Assembly: GCA_945898015.1 (NCBI GenBank)
Contig: CAMDGM010000003.1
Coordinates: 14,618-78,617, forward strand
Reading direction: 5' to 3'
DNA from: PVC group bacterium
GTDB taxonomy: Bacteria; Verrucomicrobiota; Kiritimatiellia; CAIKKV01
Length of the DNA stretch: 64,000 bases
Numbering within the stretch: position 1 is the first letter of the stretch; every line of letters starts with the position of its first letter. The notes under the pieces were generated by a model, which saw only the letters and a program-made list of their open reading frames with translations, had not been told where the DNA came from and did no database searches. This document shows positions 29,817 to 39,300 of the stretch, in pieces. The position numbers and the translations under genes are program-made.

Positions 29817-30416
29817 TCAACTCCTATCGTTCAAGACGTCAATGACGGCGTTTTCACGCCCGAATCCGTCCGGCCGGTGAGCCGGCGCGGCCGGGTCCGT
29901 CACCCAGACCTTGCCATTGACTAAAAATTGGTATTCGTACCGGCCCTCCGGCAGGCTGACCTCGGCCGTCCAATGGCCGGAGGCGTCCGGCCCGAGCAGC
30001 CGGATCATTCCTGGCGTCCAATTGTTGAAGTTGCCGACCAGCTCGACCTGCTGTGCGCCCGGGGCGTGAATCTGGAAGTGAACCGGCACCGTCTGGAGGC
30101 CGGGGGCCGCCAGACGACCCAGCCCCAAAAGAATCACCAGCATGGCCAGGGCGCCCGCCAGAGCCGGCAGCGCCCACTGGCTTCGCTGGGGCAGCAAGCC
30201 CTGCAAATAGTCAAGGAATGTCGCCCGGGTCGGGGCGCGAAGGGCGGCCAGGATGTTTTCCGCCAGGCCATCCGGCGCCGGCACGCGCGCCTGTTCGAGG
30301 CGCGCCAGGGCGGCCCTGTAACGGGCCACGGTGGACTGCTCGGCGGGGGTGGCGGTGTTCTCGGCGACTTCCCCGTCCAGTAGCGCCTGGATCCGGTCCT
30401 GATCTTTTGTTTTCAT
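29817..30416 (-). CDS. Anti-sigma factor with a TM helix and C-terminal CBM48/AMPK glycogen-binding-like domain
   Basis: IQALLDGE anti-sigma start, TM helix, then APGAQQVELVGNFNNW, GRYEYQFLVNG, DGFGRENA. Confidence 0.88.
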   Translation of the reverse strand: MKTKDQDRIQALLDGEVAENTATPAEQSTVARYRAALARLEQARVPAPDGLAENILAALRAPTRATFLDYLQGLLPQRSQWALPALAGALAMLVILLGLGRLAAPGLQTVPVHFQIHAPGAQQVELVGNFNNWTPGMIRLLGPDASGHWTAEVSLPEGRYEYQFLVNGKVWVTDPAAPAHRPDGFGRENAVIDVLNDRS

Positions 30417-30949
30417 GTTTTTGCCTGACTCGATTCCAGAAGCCGGACGAGTTCGTCCCGCCCTCGTGCGACCCGCATCTTGGCGGCGCTGACGCCGACG
30501 CCCAGCGATGCGGCAACGTCCTCGTAAGACATTCCGTCCATATGTTTCAAAACCAAGGCCTCCCGCAGGATGCCGGGAAGCTGCTTCAAGGCCGCCGCCA
30601 GCTCCTCGTCGCGGCTATCGGGCATCGGCGTCTTCTCGATGTCCTGCCATTCGACCGCCTTCTCTTCCGTGCGTTTCCGGCGGCTGAAACTGCGGAACCT
30701 GTTTTTGGCCAGGTTGGCGCCAATGCTCATGACCCAGTTTTTGAAAGCGTATTCAGCCCGGTACAGGTGCAGCTTCCGGAATGCCTGAATGAACGTCTCC
30801 TGTGTGATGTCACCCGCCTCGTGCCAGTTCCCGGTCATGCGCCACGCGAGGTTGAACACCGCATCCTGATTCCGGCGGATCAAATCCTCGAAGGCATCCG
30901 TGCGACCCGCGCGACATTCTTCCACGGCATTAAACTCGGGATCGCTCAT
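30413..30949 (-). CDS. ECF sigma-70 factor
   Basis: AGDITQETFIQAF, region-4 SYEDVAASLGV...KMRVARGR; start at 30949 or 30955. Confidence 0.95.
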   Translation of the reverse strand: MSDPEFNAVEECRAGRTDAFEDLIRRNQDAVFNLAWRMTGNWHEAGDITQETFIQAFRKLHLYRAEYAFKNWVMSIGANLAKNRFRSFSRRKRTEEKAVEWQDIEKTPMPDSRDEELAAALKQLPGILREALVLKHMDGMSYEDVAASLGVGVSAAKMRVARGRDELVRLLESSQAKT

Positions 30950-30958
30950 ATCCATTAA

Positions 30959-30986
30959 TATACACCGGGCGGCAGGTGTTTGTCAC
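30959..30986 (-). promoter_or_regulatory. Putative ECF-dependent promoter (autoregulatory)
   Basis: GTGACa-N15-GTGTATA directly upstream of the sigma gene. Confidence 0.8.
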
Positions 30987-31011
30987 CTTATTCGTCTTAT
31001 GTGTCCCATAT

Positions 31012-31039
31012 GTGACGAGTTGGGGCGGGCAGGGGTATA
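31012..31039 (+). promoter_or_regulatory. Putative ECF-dependent promoter for the small secreted protein
   Basis: GTGACg-N15-GGGTATA, same spacing as 30959-30986. Confidence 0.8.
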
Positions 31040-31103
31040 ACAGATGTGGCGCATCCGATAACCGGATGCCGATCGAGGGCAAAAGCCCGAAAGGAGAGAC
31101 GAG

Positions 31104-31358
31104 ATGAATCGTAAACGGTGTTTCGTGGTGGCGATGGCGGCGATGCTGGTGTTGACCGGGGTGTCTTTCGGGGGTGAGGGAAAAGCGAAGCGGCAGGGAG
31201 GCGGAGCGGGAACCGCCGCCGCGGCGGGCATCCAGAAACGGGACCGGCTGAAAGATGGAACCTGCACAACGCCGGTCGTGTCTGCCGCATCCGTGAGCAC
31301 GGCGGCCAAGACGCGCGACCGGCTGCGCGATGGATCCTGCCTGACCCCGACGCCGTAG
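31104..31358 (+). CDS. Small secreted protein with two RDRLxDGxC motifs
   Basis: RBS GGAG, signal peptide, RDRLKDGTC and RDRLRDGSC; followed by a terminator. Confidence 0.8.
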   Translation: MNRKRCFVVAMAAMLVLTGVSFGGEGKAKRQGGGAGTAAAAGIQKRDRLKDGTCTTPVVSAASVSTAAKTRDRLRDGSCLTPTP

Positions 31359-31376
31359 TCGGCGGCCGGTTGGATC

Positions 31377-31412
31377 AAGGGCTGGAAGCAAGCGTGCTTC
31401 CAGCCCTTTTTT
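31377..31412 (+). terminator. Rho-independent terminator
   Basis: 14-bp stem aagggctggaagca/tgcttccagccctt, 4-nt loop, T run. Confidence 0.9.
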
Positions 31413-31435
31413 ATTGGGCCGGCGTCCGCGCCGGC

Positions 31436-33205
31436 TTAGCGCACCTTGACCGAAACCGCATTCGAGTAGGGTGAAACGGCGGCGATGGCGTCGGTCCGGT
31501 AGGCCTGAACGCGGTAATAGTAGGTGCCTGCGGCGGGAACCGTGTTGCTGAACGTGCGGACATTCGCCCCTACGGCGCCGACGCGGGCGTAGACCACGCC
31601 CGCCCTCGAGCTCAAGCCGCGCTCAATGTAGAACCCGGTTTCATTGCTGGAATTATCCAGCCAGGTCAGGGTGACGGTGCGCAGCGAGGCCTTGGCTGTC
31701 AGGCTGGACGGGGCCAGGAGCACCGAAGGATCGGTGGTCGTGATCTTTACGGTATTGATGGCGGTGGCGCCCAGATTGTCGGTCACCACGAGGGACGCCG
31801 AAAACGTGCCGGCCTTCGTATAGGTATGGGCCGTGGTCACGCCGGCGACCGCCGCACTGCCGTCGCCAAAGTTCCACATATACAAGACGATGCTGCCATT
31901 GGGATCGTAGGACGCGCCGCCATTGAAATTGACCAGGCACGGGATGTCGCCTCCGGCGCTGTCGGCGGTAGCCACCGCCACGGGGGGCAGGTTCCCGATG
32001 GAACTGTAGGCCTTGGCCACGGCCGCATCGGCCTGGATGAGGCCGAACCCGTAAACGCTGTCCGCACCCGCAGCGCCGAGGTCCAGGCAGGTGGAGGTGA
32101 TCACGCCCTCGACGACGGCCGGGCTGAAGGAGGGATTCAGGGAGAAGATCAAGGCCGCCAGTCCGGCGGTGATGGGGGATGAATAGGACGTTCCGCTTCC
32201 GTAGCCGTAATAGCCGCCAAGAATGGTGGACCAGACGCTCAGGCCCGGGGCGACGACGTCGATGGGTGTGCCGTAATTGGAGAAACTGGTCCGCGCATTC
32301 AGGGAGTCGGTCGCGCCAACCAGGAGAATGCTGGCCGGATCGGCATAGCTGCTGATATCCATGTTTTCGTTGCCGGCGGCCATCACGACCAGGGCGCCCT
32401 TGAGGCGGGCGTCGTTGGCGGCGGCGATAATGGCGGAGTTGTAATAGCCGGAAAAGCTGATGTTGATCACCTTGGCCCCGTGGCTGGCGCCGTACGTGAT
32501 GGCCTCGGCCATGTCGCTGACATAAGCCGAACCCACACCGTCGGCGTACGTCATCCGAATCGGGAGGATGCGCACATTCCAGGCGACGCCGGCCACGCCG
32601 ATGCCGTTGTTGCCCGTGGCGCCGGCAAAACCCGCCACCATGGTGCCGTGGCCATAGGTGTCCATGCAGTTGGTCGTGTTCAGGTAGGTATTCCAGCCGG
32701 GCAGTATCAGGCGTGATTTCAGGTCGGCATGGTTCAGGTCGACACCGGTGTCGCAGACGGCGATGATGACCTGCGTGCTGCCGACCGTGAAGTCCCAGGC
32801 GCCGGCGGACCGGATGTTGACGTGCTGCCACTGATTGGCGAAATAGGGGTCGTTCGGGGTCGTGACCGCCTGTTCAACATAGTCTGGCTGGGCCCACTCC
32901 ACGGCTCCGCTGTCGAAAAGCTTGGCCGCCAGCTCTTCTTCCGTACGATTCGCGGCCCGATTGGCTTTCACGCGCAGGACGGCGTCGTTCACGAGTTTTT
33001 TTTCCAGGCGCATGTCGTAGGTCAGCAGAAGGGCGCCGAGCGCATCGCGCTGCTCCGCCGACATGTCGGCTTTCCATTTATACAGGAGCACGCCGGGCCG
33101 CCGATTTTTCTGGACGCCGCCGGCCTTGCCTGCCGCCAAGCTTGTTCCCGACAGCGTCATCGCAAAGCCCGCCGCCAACAATAATACTACAACGCGTTTG
33201 AACAT
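31436..33205 (-). CDS. Secreted S8 (subtilisin-like) serine peptidase with PKD and FN3 domains
   Basis: Triad DTG/HGT/GTSYS; PKD WNFGDG; FN3 WLDNSSNETGFYIER. Confidence 0.95.
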   Translation of the reverse strand: MFKRVVVLLLAAGFAMTLSGTSLAAGKAGGVQKNRRPGVLLYKWKADMSAEQRDALGALLLTYDMRLEKKLVNDAVLRVKANRAANRTEEELAAKLFDSGAVEWAQPDYVEQAVTTPNDPYFANQWQHVNIRSAGAWDFTVGSTQVIIAVCDTGVDLNHADLKSRLILPGWNTYLNTTNCMDTYGHGTMVAGFAGATGNNGIGVAGVAWNVRILPIRMTYADGVGSAYVSDMAEAITYGASHGAKVINISFSGYYNSAIIAAANDARLKGALVVMAAGNENMDISSYADPASILLVGATDSLNARTSFSNYGTPIDVVAPGLSVWSTILGGYYGYGSGTSYSSPITAGLAALIFSLNPSFSPAVVEGVITSTCLDLGAAGADSVYGFGLIQADAAVAKAYSSIGNLPPVAVATADSAGGDIPCLVNFNGGASYDPNGSIVLYMWNFGDGSAAVAGVTTAHTYTKAGTFSASLVVTDNLGATAINTVKITTTDPSVLLAPSSLTAKASLRTVTLTWLDNSSNETGFYIERGLSSRAGVVYARVGAVGANVRTFSNTVPAAGTYYYRVQAYRTDAIAAVSPYSNAVSVKVR

Positions 33206-33254
33206 GATGGAGTCCCTTCCTGTTTCGTGTCCGACCAGTGTTGGCCATGTATAC

Positions 33255-33282
33255 TATACACGGCCCAGGTGAAAAACGTCAC
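33255..33282 (-). promoter_or_regulatory. Putative ECF-dependent promoter for the S8 peptidase
   Basis: GTGACg-N15-GTGTATA, 50 bp before the start codon. Confidence 0.8.
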
Positions 33283-33298
33283 ATTCTTGGTTCGCCGG

Positions 33299-35002
33299 CT
33301 ATGTTCCGGATGTCGGGAACTCGAACACGTTGACACCGCAAGGGGCAACGGTGAACGGAAAGGTCGGGCCGGGCAGGATGTGGCGCTCGCCGGTCAGCGC
33401 GTCCTGGACGGTGACGGGGAATACGAGGCCGGTGTCGGGCAGGGTCACCGTGAGGGTTTGGGGCTGGTGGACGTCGAGGTTGGCGAGCAGCAGGAACGCG
33501 CCGGCTTTCTCCGAGAGGTCCCGGCGGAAGGCGGCCAGCACGGCCGCGTGCCCGTGGTCCACAAACACCAGGTTGCCGTTCTGCTTGAACAGGTCGTGCC
33601 GGGCGAGCAGGGCGTTGATGCGGGCGAAGAAGTCCGCGAATTCCGGGTTGGGCGCGAGGTCCAGTTTCTGCCCTTTCCCGATGAACGGGACGCGGTCCTG
33701 AACGCCCGCGTCCACCCCCTGGACCAGGCCGGTTTGGCCGAGCGTATAGAGGGCGGCGATGGCATACCGGGGGAGGGCGGAGCGGGCGGAGCCGAAGAGC
33801 TGGGCCGGCACGCCGGTGTCGTGGGTGGTGATGGCGCACAGGTGGCGGAGCCGGCTGGAGACGGTGTGCAGGTAGGTGATGTAGTGGCGCAGCTGCGGCC
33901 CGAAGGGATATTCCCAGCTGTTGGCCAGCAGCAGGTTGATGCCCCATTCGGGGACCGTCCGCTCCAGGGTCAGCTCATCGGTGAAATATTCCCCCAGGAT
34001 GGCCAGATCCGGGAATGGGCCGCGCAGGAAGCTGCTGAGGTCGGCAATGAATTCCGCGTTGCTGCTGTGCAGGTTGTCGAATCGGACCATGCCGCCGGTG
34101 CTGGCGGCGTAGTGGGACCAGAAGGCGGCGTATTGCTTCATGTAGCCGGCGACCTCGCGCCGGACCGCCGAGCTGGGGTGGTCGTAATAGATTGGCACCA
34201 GGTCCGCCCACCGGATCCAGGTCTGCCGGTGCCAGCAGCCGGCGCGTTTGAAGTCGTCCGGTTCGCTGTCGTCGGGGACGATCCAGTCCGGGCGGGCGAG
34301 GGCGATTTGACTGTCGGAGCAGACATGGTTCAGCACGAGGTCGAGGCAGAGCCGGAGGCCCTGCCGGCGGCAGGTTTCGACGAAGTCCTCGAATTGGTCG
34401 AGGGCGCTGCGGGGGTCGGCGGGATCCCGGTAGCGGGCGTCCACATCGAACAGGTTGGCGGCGGCGTAGGGGCTGTCGGAGAACCCCATTTGCGTGACGG
34501 GCAGGAGGTGGAGGGTGTCAAAGCCCATGGCCGCGATGCTGGGGAGAAGCGCTTTCCAGTCGGTGATGGTGCCGGAGGCGCTGGGGATGAGGGTGTAGAG
34601 GCGGACGGTCCGCATGGAGGGCGGGTCCACCAGGACATAGGAATGGGGGACCCGGTCCCAATACCAGGAGTCGCCGCCGTCCAGGGAGTATTTGAGGCGG
34701 AAGCGGTAGAGGCCGCACCGGGGCGGGGTCAGGGAGAGCGCGAAGGTTTTCCCGTCCGTGGTGGAGAAGGGGATATCGCGCCATTCGCCCGGTTCGGCAT
34801 CGTCCAGGTCCGTGTGCAGGACGACTTGAGGGGGTGCGTCTTTGCGGACATTCAGGGTGACGGTGAGGGCGAGCGGCTGGTCCCGGAAGAGGCGGAAGAA
34901 GTTTTTCCGGCCGGACGGAAAGGAGCGCTGGACGATGCCGGCTGCCCCCTTTTGGAGGGAGCGCGGGGGCAGCGGCGGGATGGGTAGGCGAGACAGCGAC
35001 AT
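33299..35002 (-). CDS. GH13 alpha-amylase family glycosidase
   Basis: MGFDTLHLLP, SPYA, DLVLNH, RFDNLH, GEYF, TTHD. Confidence 0.9.
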   Translation of the reverse strand: MSLSRLPIPPLPPRSLQKGAAGIVQRSFPSGRKNFFRLFRDQPLALTVTLNVRKDAPPQVVLHTDLDDAEPGEWRDIPFSTTDGKTFALSLTPPRCGLYRFRLKYSLDGGDSWYWDRVPHSYVLVDPPSMRTVRLYTLIPSASGTITDWKALLPSIAAMGFDTLHLLPVTQMGFSDSPYAAANLFDVDARYRDPADPRSALDQFEDFVETCRRQGLRLCLDLVLNHVCSDSQIALARPDWIVPDDSEPDDFKRAGCWHRQTWIRWADLVPIYYDHPSSAVRREVAGYMKQYAAFWSHYAASTGGMVRFDNLHSSNAEFIADLSSFLRGPFPDLAILGEYFTDELTLERTVPEWGINLLLANSWEYPFGPQLRHYITYLHTVSSRLRHLCAITTHDTGVPAQLFGSARSALPRYAIAALYTLGQTGLVQGVDAGVQDRVPFIGKGQKLDLAPNPEFADFFARINALLARHDLFKQNGNLVFVDHGHAAVLAAFRRDLSEKAGAFLLLANLDVHQPQTLTVTLPDTGLVFPVTVQDALTGERHILPGPTFPFTVAPCGVNVFEFPTSGT

Positions 35003-35016
35003 CCAGGCTCCTGTTC

Positions 35017-35050
35017 AAAAAAAAGACCCGGAACACGGGTTCCGGGTCTT
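35017..35050 (-). terminator. Rho-independent terminator of ilvC
   Basis: 12-bp stem aagacccggaac/gttccgggtctt followed by a T run on the minus strand. Confidence 0.88.
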
Positions 35051-35076
35051 AGTATGGATAGCAGGCCTGGGTTTGC

Positions 35077-36177
35077 CTAGTTTTTTCCACGTCCCTTGAC
35101 GCCGGCCGCGGTGGCGGCGTTGGAGTGGGCCTTTTCGTGGGGCCGCAGGTCGCGCGCGGCCTGGCCGGCGCGCCACATTTCGGAGTTGCGCATGACGGCG
35201 AGCTCGACCTCGAGCAGTTGCTTGTAGTTCGGGCCGCCGCAGGTCTTCATGACGCGGCGGGCTTCGGCCTGGGACTTCACGGCCTTATACAGGTCCTTGA
35301 AGACCGGCAACGTCGCCTTCTTGAACTTCGGCTTCCAGTCCAGCGCGCCGCGCTGGGCGGTGGCGGAGCAGTTGGCGTACATCCAGTCCATGCCGTTTTC
35401 GTCGACCAGGCGGATGAGGCTCTGCGTGAGTTCCTCGACGGTTTCGTTGAACGCTTCGCTGGGGGAGTGGCCGTTGACGCGCAGCACGTCGTACTGGGCC
35501 TCCATGATGCCGGCCAGGGCGCCCATCAGCACGCCGCGCTCGCCCACGAGGTCGCTGGTGACCTCGTTTTCGAACGTGGTCGGGAAGAGATAGCCGGACC
35601 CGATGGCGATGCCGAGCGCGATGGCGCGGTCGTTGGCCCGCCCGGTGGCGTCCTGGGCCACGGCGAAGCTGGAGTTGATGCCCACGCCGGCCAGGAAGTT
35701 GCGGCGCACGGAGGTGCCGGAGCCCTTGGGGGCGACGAGCAGCACGTCGATATCGGCCGGGGGCTTCACGGAGGTGAGGTTGCGGTAGACGTAGGCGAAC
35801 CCGTGGGAGAAATAGATCGCCTTGCCGGCGGTGAGGAACGGTTTCACGCGCGGCCACACCATTTTCATGGCGCCGTCGGCCACGAGCATCTGGATGATGG
35901 TGGCGCGCTTGGCCGCTTCTTCGATGTCAAACAGGGTTTTGCCGGGAACCCAGCCGTCCTTGACCGCGCGTTCCCAGTCCTTGGGGTAGGACTTGGACTG
36001 GCCGACGATGACGTTAACGCCGTTTTCCTTCATGTTCAGCGCCTGGGCGGGACCCTGGACGCCGTAGCCGATCACGGCCACGATTTCCTTTTTCAGAACC
36101 TGCTGGGCCTTGCGGAGCGAAAACTCTTTGCGGGTGACGACGGTTTCCACGACGCCGCCAAAGTCGATCTTAGCCAT
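35077..36177 (-). CDS. ilvC: Ketol-acid reductoisomerase
   Basis: IGYGVQG, FSHGF, VAPKGSG, SDLVGER, AFNETVEE, CSATAQRG. Confidence 0.97.
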   Translation of the reverse strand: MAKIDFGGVVETVVTRKEFSLRKAQQVLKKEIVAVIGYGVQGPAQALNMKENGVNVIVGQSKSYPKDWERAVKDGWVPGKTLFDIEEAAKRATIIQMLVADGAMKMVWPRVKPFLTAGKAIYFSHGFAYVYRNLTSVKPPADIDVLLVAPKGSGTSVRRNFLAGVGINSSFAVAQDATGRANDRAIALGIAIGSGYLFPTTFENEVTSDLVGERGVLMGALAGIMEAQYDVLRVNGHSPSEAFNETVEELTQSLIRLVDENGMDWMYANCSATAQRGALDWKPKFKKATLPVFKDLYKAVKSQAEARRVMKTCGGPNYKQLLEVELAVMRNSEMWRAGQAARDLRPHEKAHSNAATAAGVKGRGKN

Positions 36178-36362
36178 ACGATGAACTCCTTGGTAGTAAT
36201 GCAGCCGGACCGTCTGATTCGGCCATGAAAGAGCGGAATTATTACTGATTGTGCCGGGGAAGTCTAGGGGAAATGCAGCAAAGATGCAAAATGGGGTTGT
36301 GCCCGGTAATTATTACTACTAAGGTATAAGCATATTGTCGTATTTACCATGCGCCTGGAGGG

Positions 36363-39300
36363 GTGTTTTTGAAAATCATGTTTCTATGCCCTAAGTGCCA
36401 GAAGAAGCTGGAGTCGGACGGGGAGGCCAGCGGGCGGAAGGTGAAATGCCCGACGTGCGGGCAGGAGATGGTGGTCCCGAACCGGGAGCTGAAGCCCGGG
36501 GTGACGCTGGGCGGGTTCTGCATTGTGCGCAAGATTGGCGAAGGGGGCATGGGCGAGGTGTTCCTGGCGCGGCAGAAGTCGCTGGACCGGGATGTGGCGC
36601 TGAAGGTGCTCACGCCGCAGCTATGCCGGGACAAGGAGTTGGTGAGCCGGTTCTTCAGCGAAGTCAAGGTGCTGGCCCGGCTGGAGCATCACGGGATTGT
36701 GACCGCCCACGAAGCCGGCGAGGACGGAGGCATGTTTTTCCTGGCCATGGCCTTTGTGCCGGGCCATTCGCTCCAGGAGCAGATCGACAAGAGCGGGGCC
36801 TTTGACGAAAAGACGGCGCTCCGGCTGGTTCGCAAAATGGCGATGGCTCTGGATTATGCGTGGACCGACCACAAGCTGCTGCACCGGGACATCAAGCCGT
36901 CCAACGTGCTGCTCGACGGCCGGGGCGAGCCGAAGCTGGTGGATTTCGGGCTGGCCAAAAGCATCGACAAGGCCGAGGGCCTGACGGTCAGCGGCACGGT
37001 GATGGGCACCCCGAACTATATGTCGCCCGAGCAGGTTCGCGGAGAGGGAAACCTGGATTTCCGGGCGGACTTGTACTCGCTGGGGGCGACGCTGTTCCAT
37101 ATGCTGACGGGGAAGATGCCCTATGCGGGCAGCAGCATCATGGAAACGCTGCAGAAGCAAATCAACGAGGCGCTGCCGGATCCGCGCACCATCAACCCGG
37201 CGGTCGGCAAGGGCTGCGTGATGCTGTTGCAGAAGATGCTGGCCAAGAAGCAGGACCAGCGGCCCGGGAGCTGGAAGGTGCTGCTGGGGGATGTTGACCG
37301 GGTGCTGGCTGGCCAGGAGCCGACCGGGCAGGCGTTGAAAGAGGGCGAATCGGTTTTGTTGATGCGCGGGGATTACCGGGGCAAGACCCCGGGCTCGAAG
37401 CGGGCGTCGTCGTCGGGTAACTCGCCTAAAAAGTGGATTGGGGTGGCAGCTGCGGCCGGTGGTCTTGTGGTGCTGGCGGCGGGCCTGACGATATGGGTGA
37501 AGCGCCGGCCTCCCGCCGGAGCGCCCGATCCTGTGCCGCAAGCGGCAGCGCCCGCCGCGGTTTCAGCCGCGCCGGTGGCGGCAGTGCCGACTGCGGCGGC
37601 GGCGAAGCTGGCGCTGGAGGCGAGAGTCCAGGAAGCGGCGGCGGTGGCGGCGGCCCAGGAAAAGGCGAGACTGGACGTTCAGGCGCGCCAGGCGGCCGAG
37701 GCGGCGGCGAAAGAACTGGCGGCCCGGGAACAGGTTGCGAAAGAAGCCGCCGCGCAGGAGGCGCGGGCGAAAGAAGAGGCAGCCAAGGCGGCCCAGCTCA
37801 AGGCGGCGCAGGAGCGCTTTTCGGCCCGGCAGGCCGAGGTGGCGGGACTGTTGTTGAAGGCGGATTTTGCGGGCGCCCGGGAAAACGCGGGAACGCTGCG
37901 GTACGATGCGGCGCTGGCGCCGGTGTCGGCGGAGGCCGAGGCGCTGGCCGCGCTGGTGGACCGGATCGGGGACCCGGACACGGTGGTGCTGCGGTCGTTT
38001 GAGAAGAACAAGGGCGAGACGGTGAAGGTGGAGGGCAAGACCGGGCTGGCTGTGGAGATGCGGGTGCTCGGGGTGTCCGGCGGCCGGGTCCAGACGCGGC
38101 AGGTCCTGCAGGGGGCGAGCGTGGACCGGGCGTTTGGGCCGGGGGACTTGAGCCTGCGGGAGCGACTGGGCCGGATCGGGGATGCAAAGACGCCGGAGGC
38201 GATGATTTTGCGGGGGCTGATGCTGGGCGTGGAGGGAGGGGACTGGGTCAAGGCGAAGCAGGTCTTGGGCGAAGCCGGGCCCGGCCTGGGCGAGGCGCTG
38301 GTGGCGGCTCTTCAGGCGAAAAGCGCGTCCCGGGAGGAGCAGGCGGCGCGCCAGGCGCTGGGCGTGATATTGAAAACGGCGGCGCTGCCGGCGGACTTGA
38401 ATGAACCGGGCCGGGTGATGGAGCTGCTGGCCGCAAAACCGCTGAGTCCTGAAAATAAGGACAAGGTCCGGGCCGGCGTGGAGTCGTTTTTAAAGACGTA
38501 CGGGAACTCGGAAGAGGCCGGCGTGGCCCGGGCCTTGGTGGAAGGCCTTAAAGGGATCGATCCGGAGGTGGCCGCGAAGCTGGAGCTGGCGGGGGTGTTC
38601 AAGCTGGCGGGCTTGACGTTGGACCTGGAGCAGACCGCGGCGCTTCTGGATGACATCGAGGCGCGCGGGTTCGGCAAGGACGCGGCGAAAATCCAGGCGG
38701 CGGCGGCGGCGTTCAAGCGCGACCATGGCAAGAGCGAGATCGGCAAGCAGGCCGCGCCCCTGGTCGCGGCCCTGGCGGCGGCCCAGGAGGCGGCGCCCGT
38801 TCCGTTCACCCCGGTTCCGATGCTCGAGGCCACCGAGGAGAATATGAAGAAGGCGCTTGCGGCGCTCCAGGCGGCCAATAAAAAGGCCACCGGGATTTCC
38901 AAGGCGGAGTATCGAGTGGTTAAAGATGGTTTGTGTTTGGCAATTCATTCGGCGGAAAACATACAGGATATTCGACCGCTGGCCGGGCTTCCGTTGAAAA
39001 CACTTTCCCTGTTAAGGGCGGAAATCAAGGATTTCACGCCCTTGACGGGCATGCCGCTTGAAACGCTGACGCTGAACAATTGGAAAGGGGATAAACTTGA
39101 TTCTTTTCCGGACTTGAAAGAGTTGCGCTCCTTGGGCCTGTCCTATTCGTCTATCAAGAGTCTGCTTCCCTTCCGCCGGCTAAAGCTTAAATCGTTGTCC
39201 GTCAATAACGGTCGGATGGACAAACTGGACGGGATCGAAGGGTTCCCGTTGGAAACGCTTTCAATCAGAAATTGCCCGGTGGAAGACTTGAGCCTGTTGG

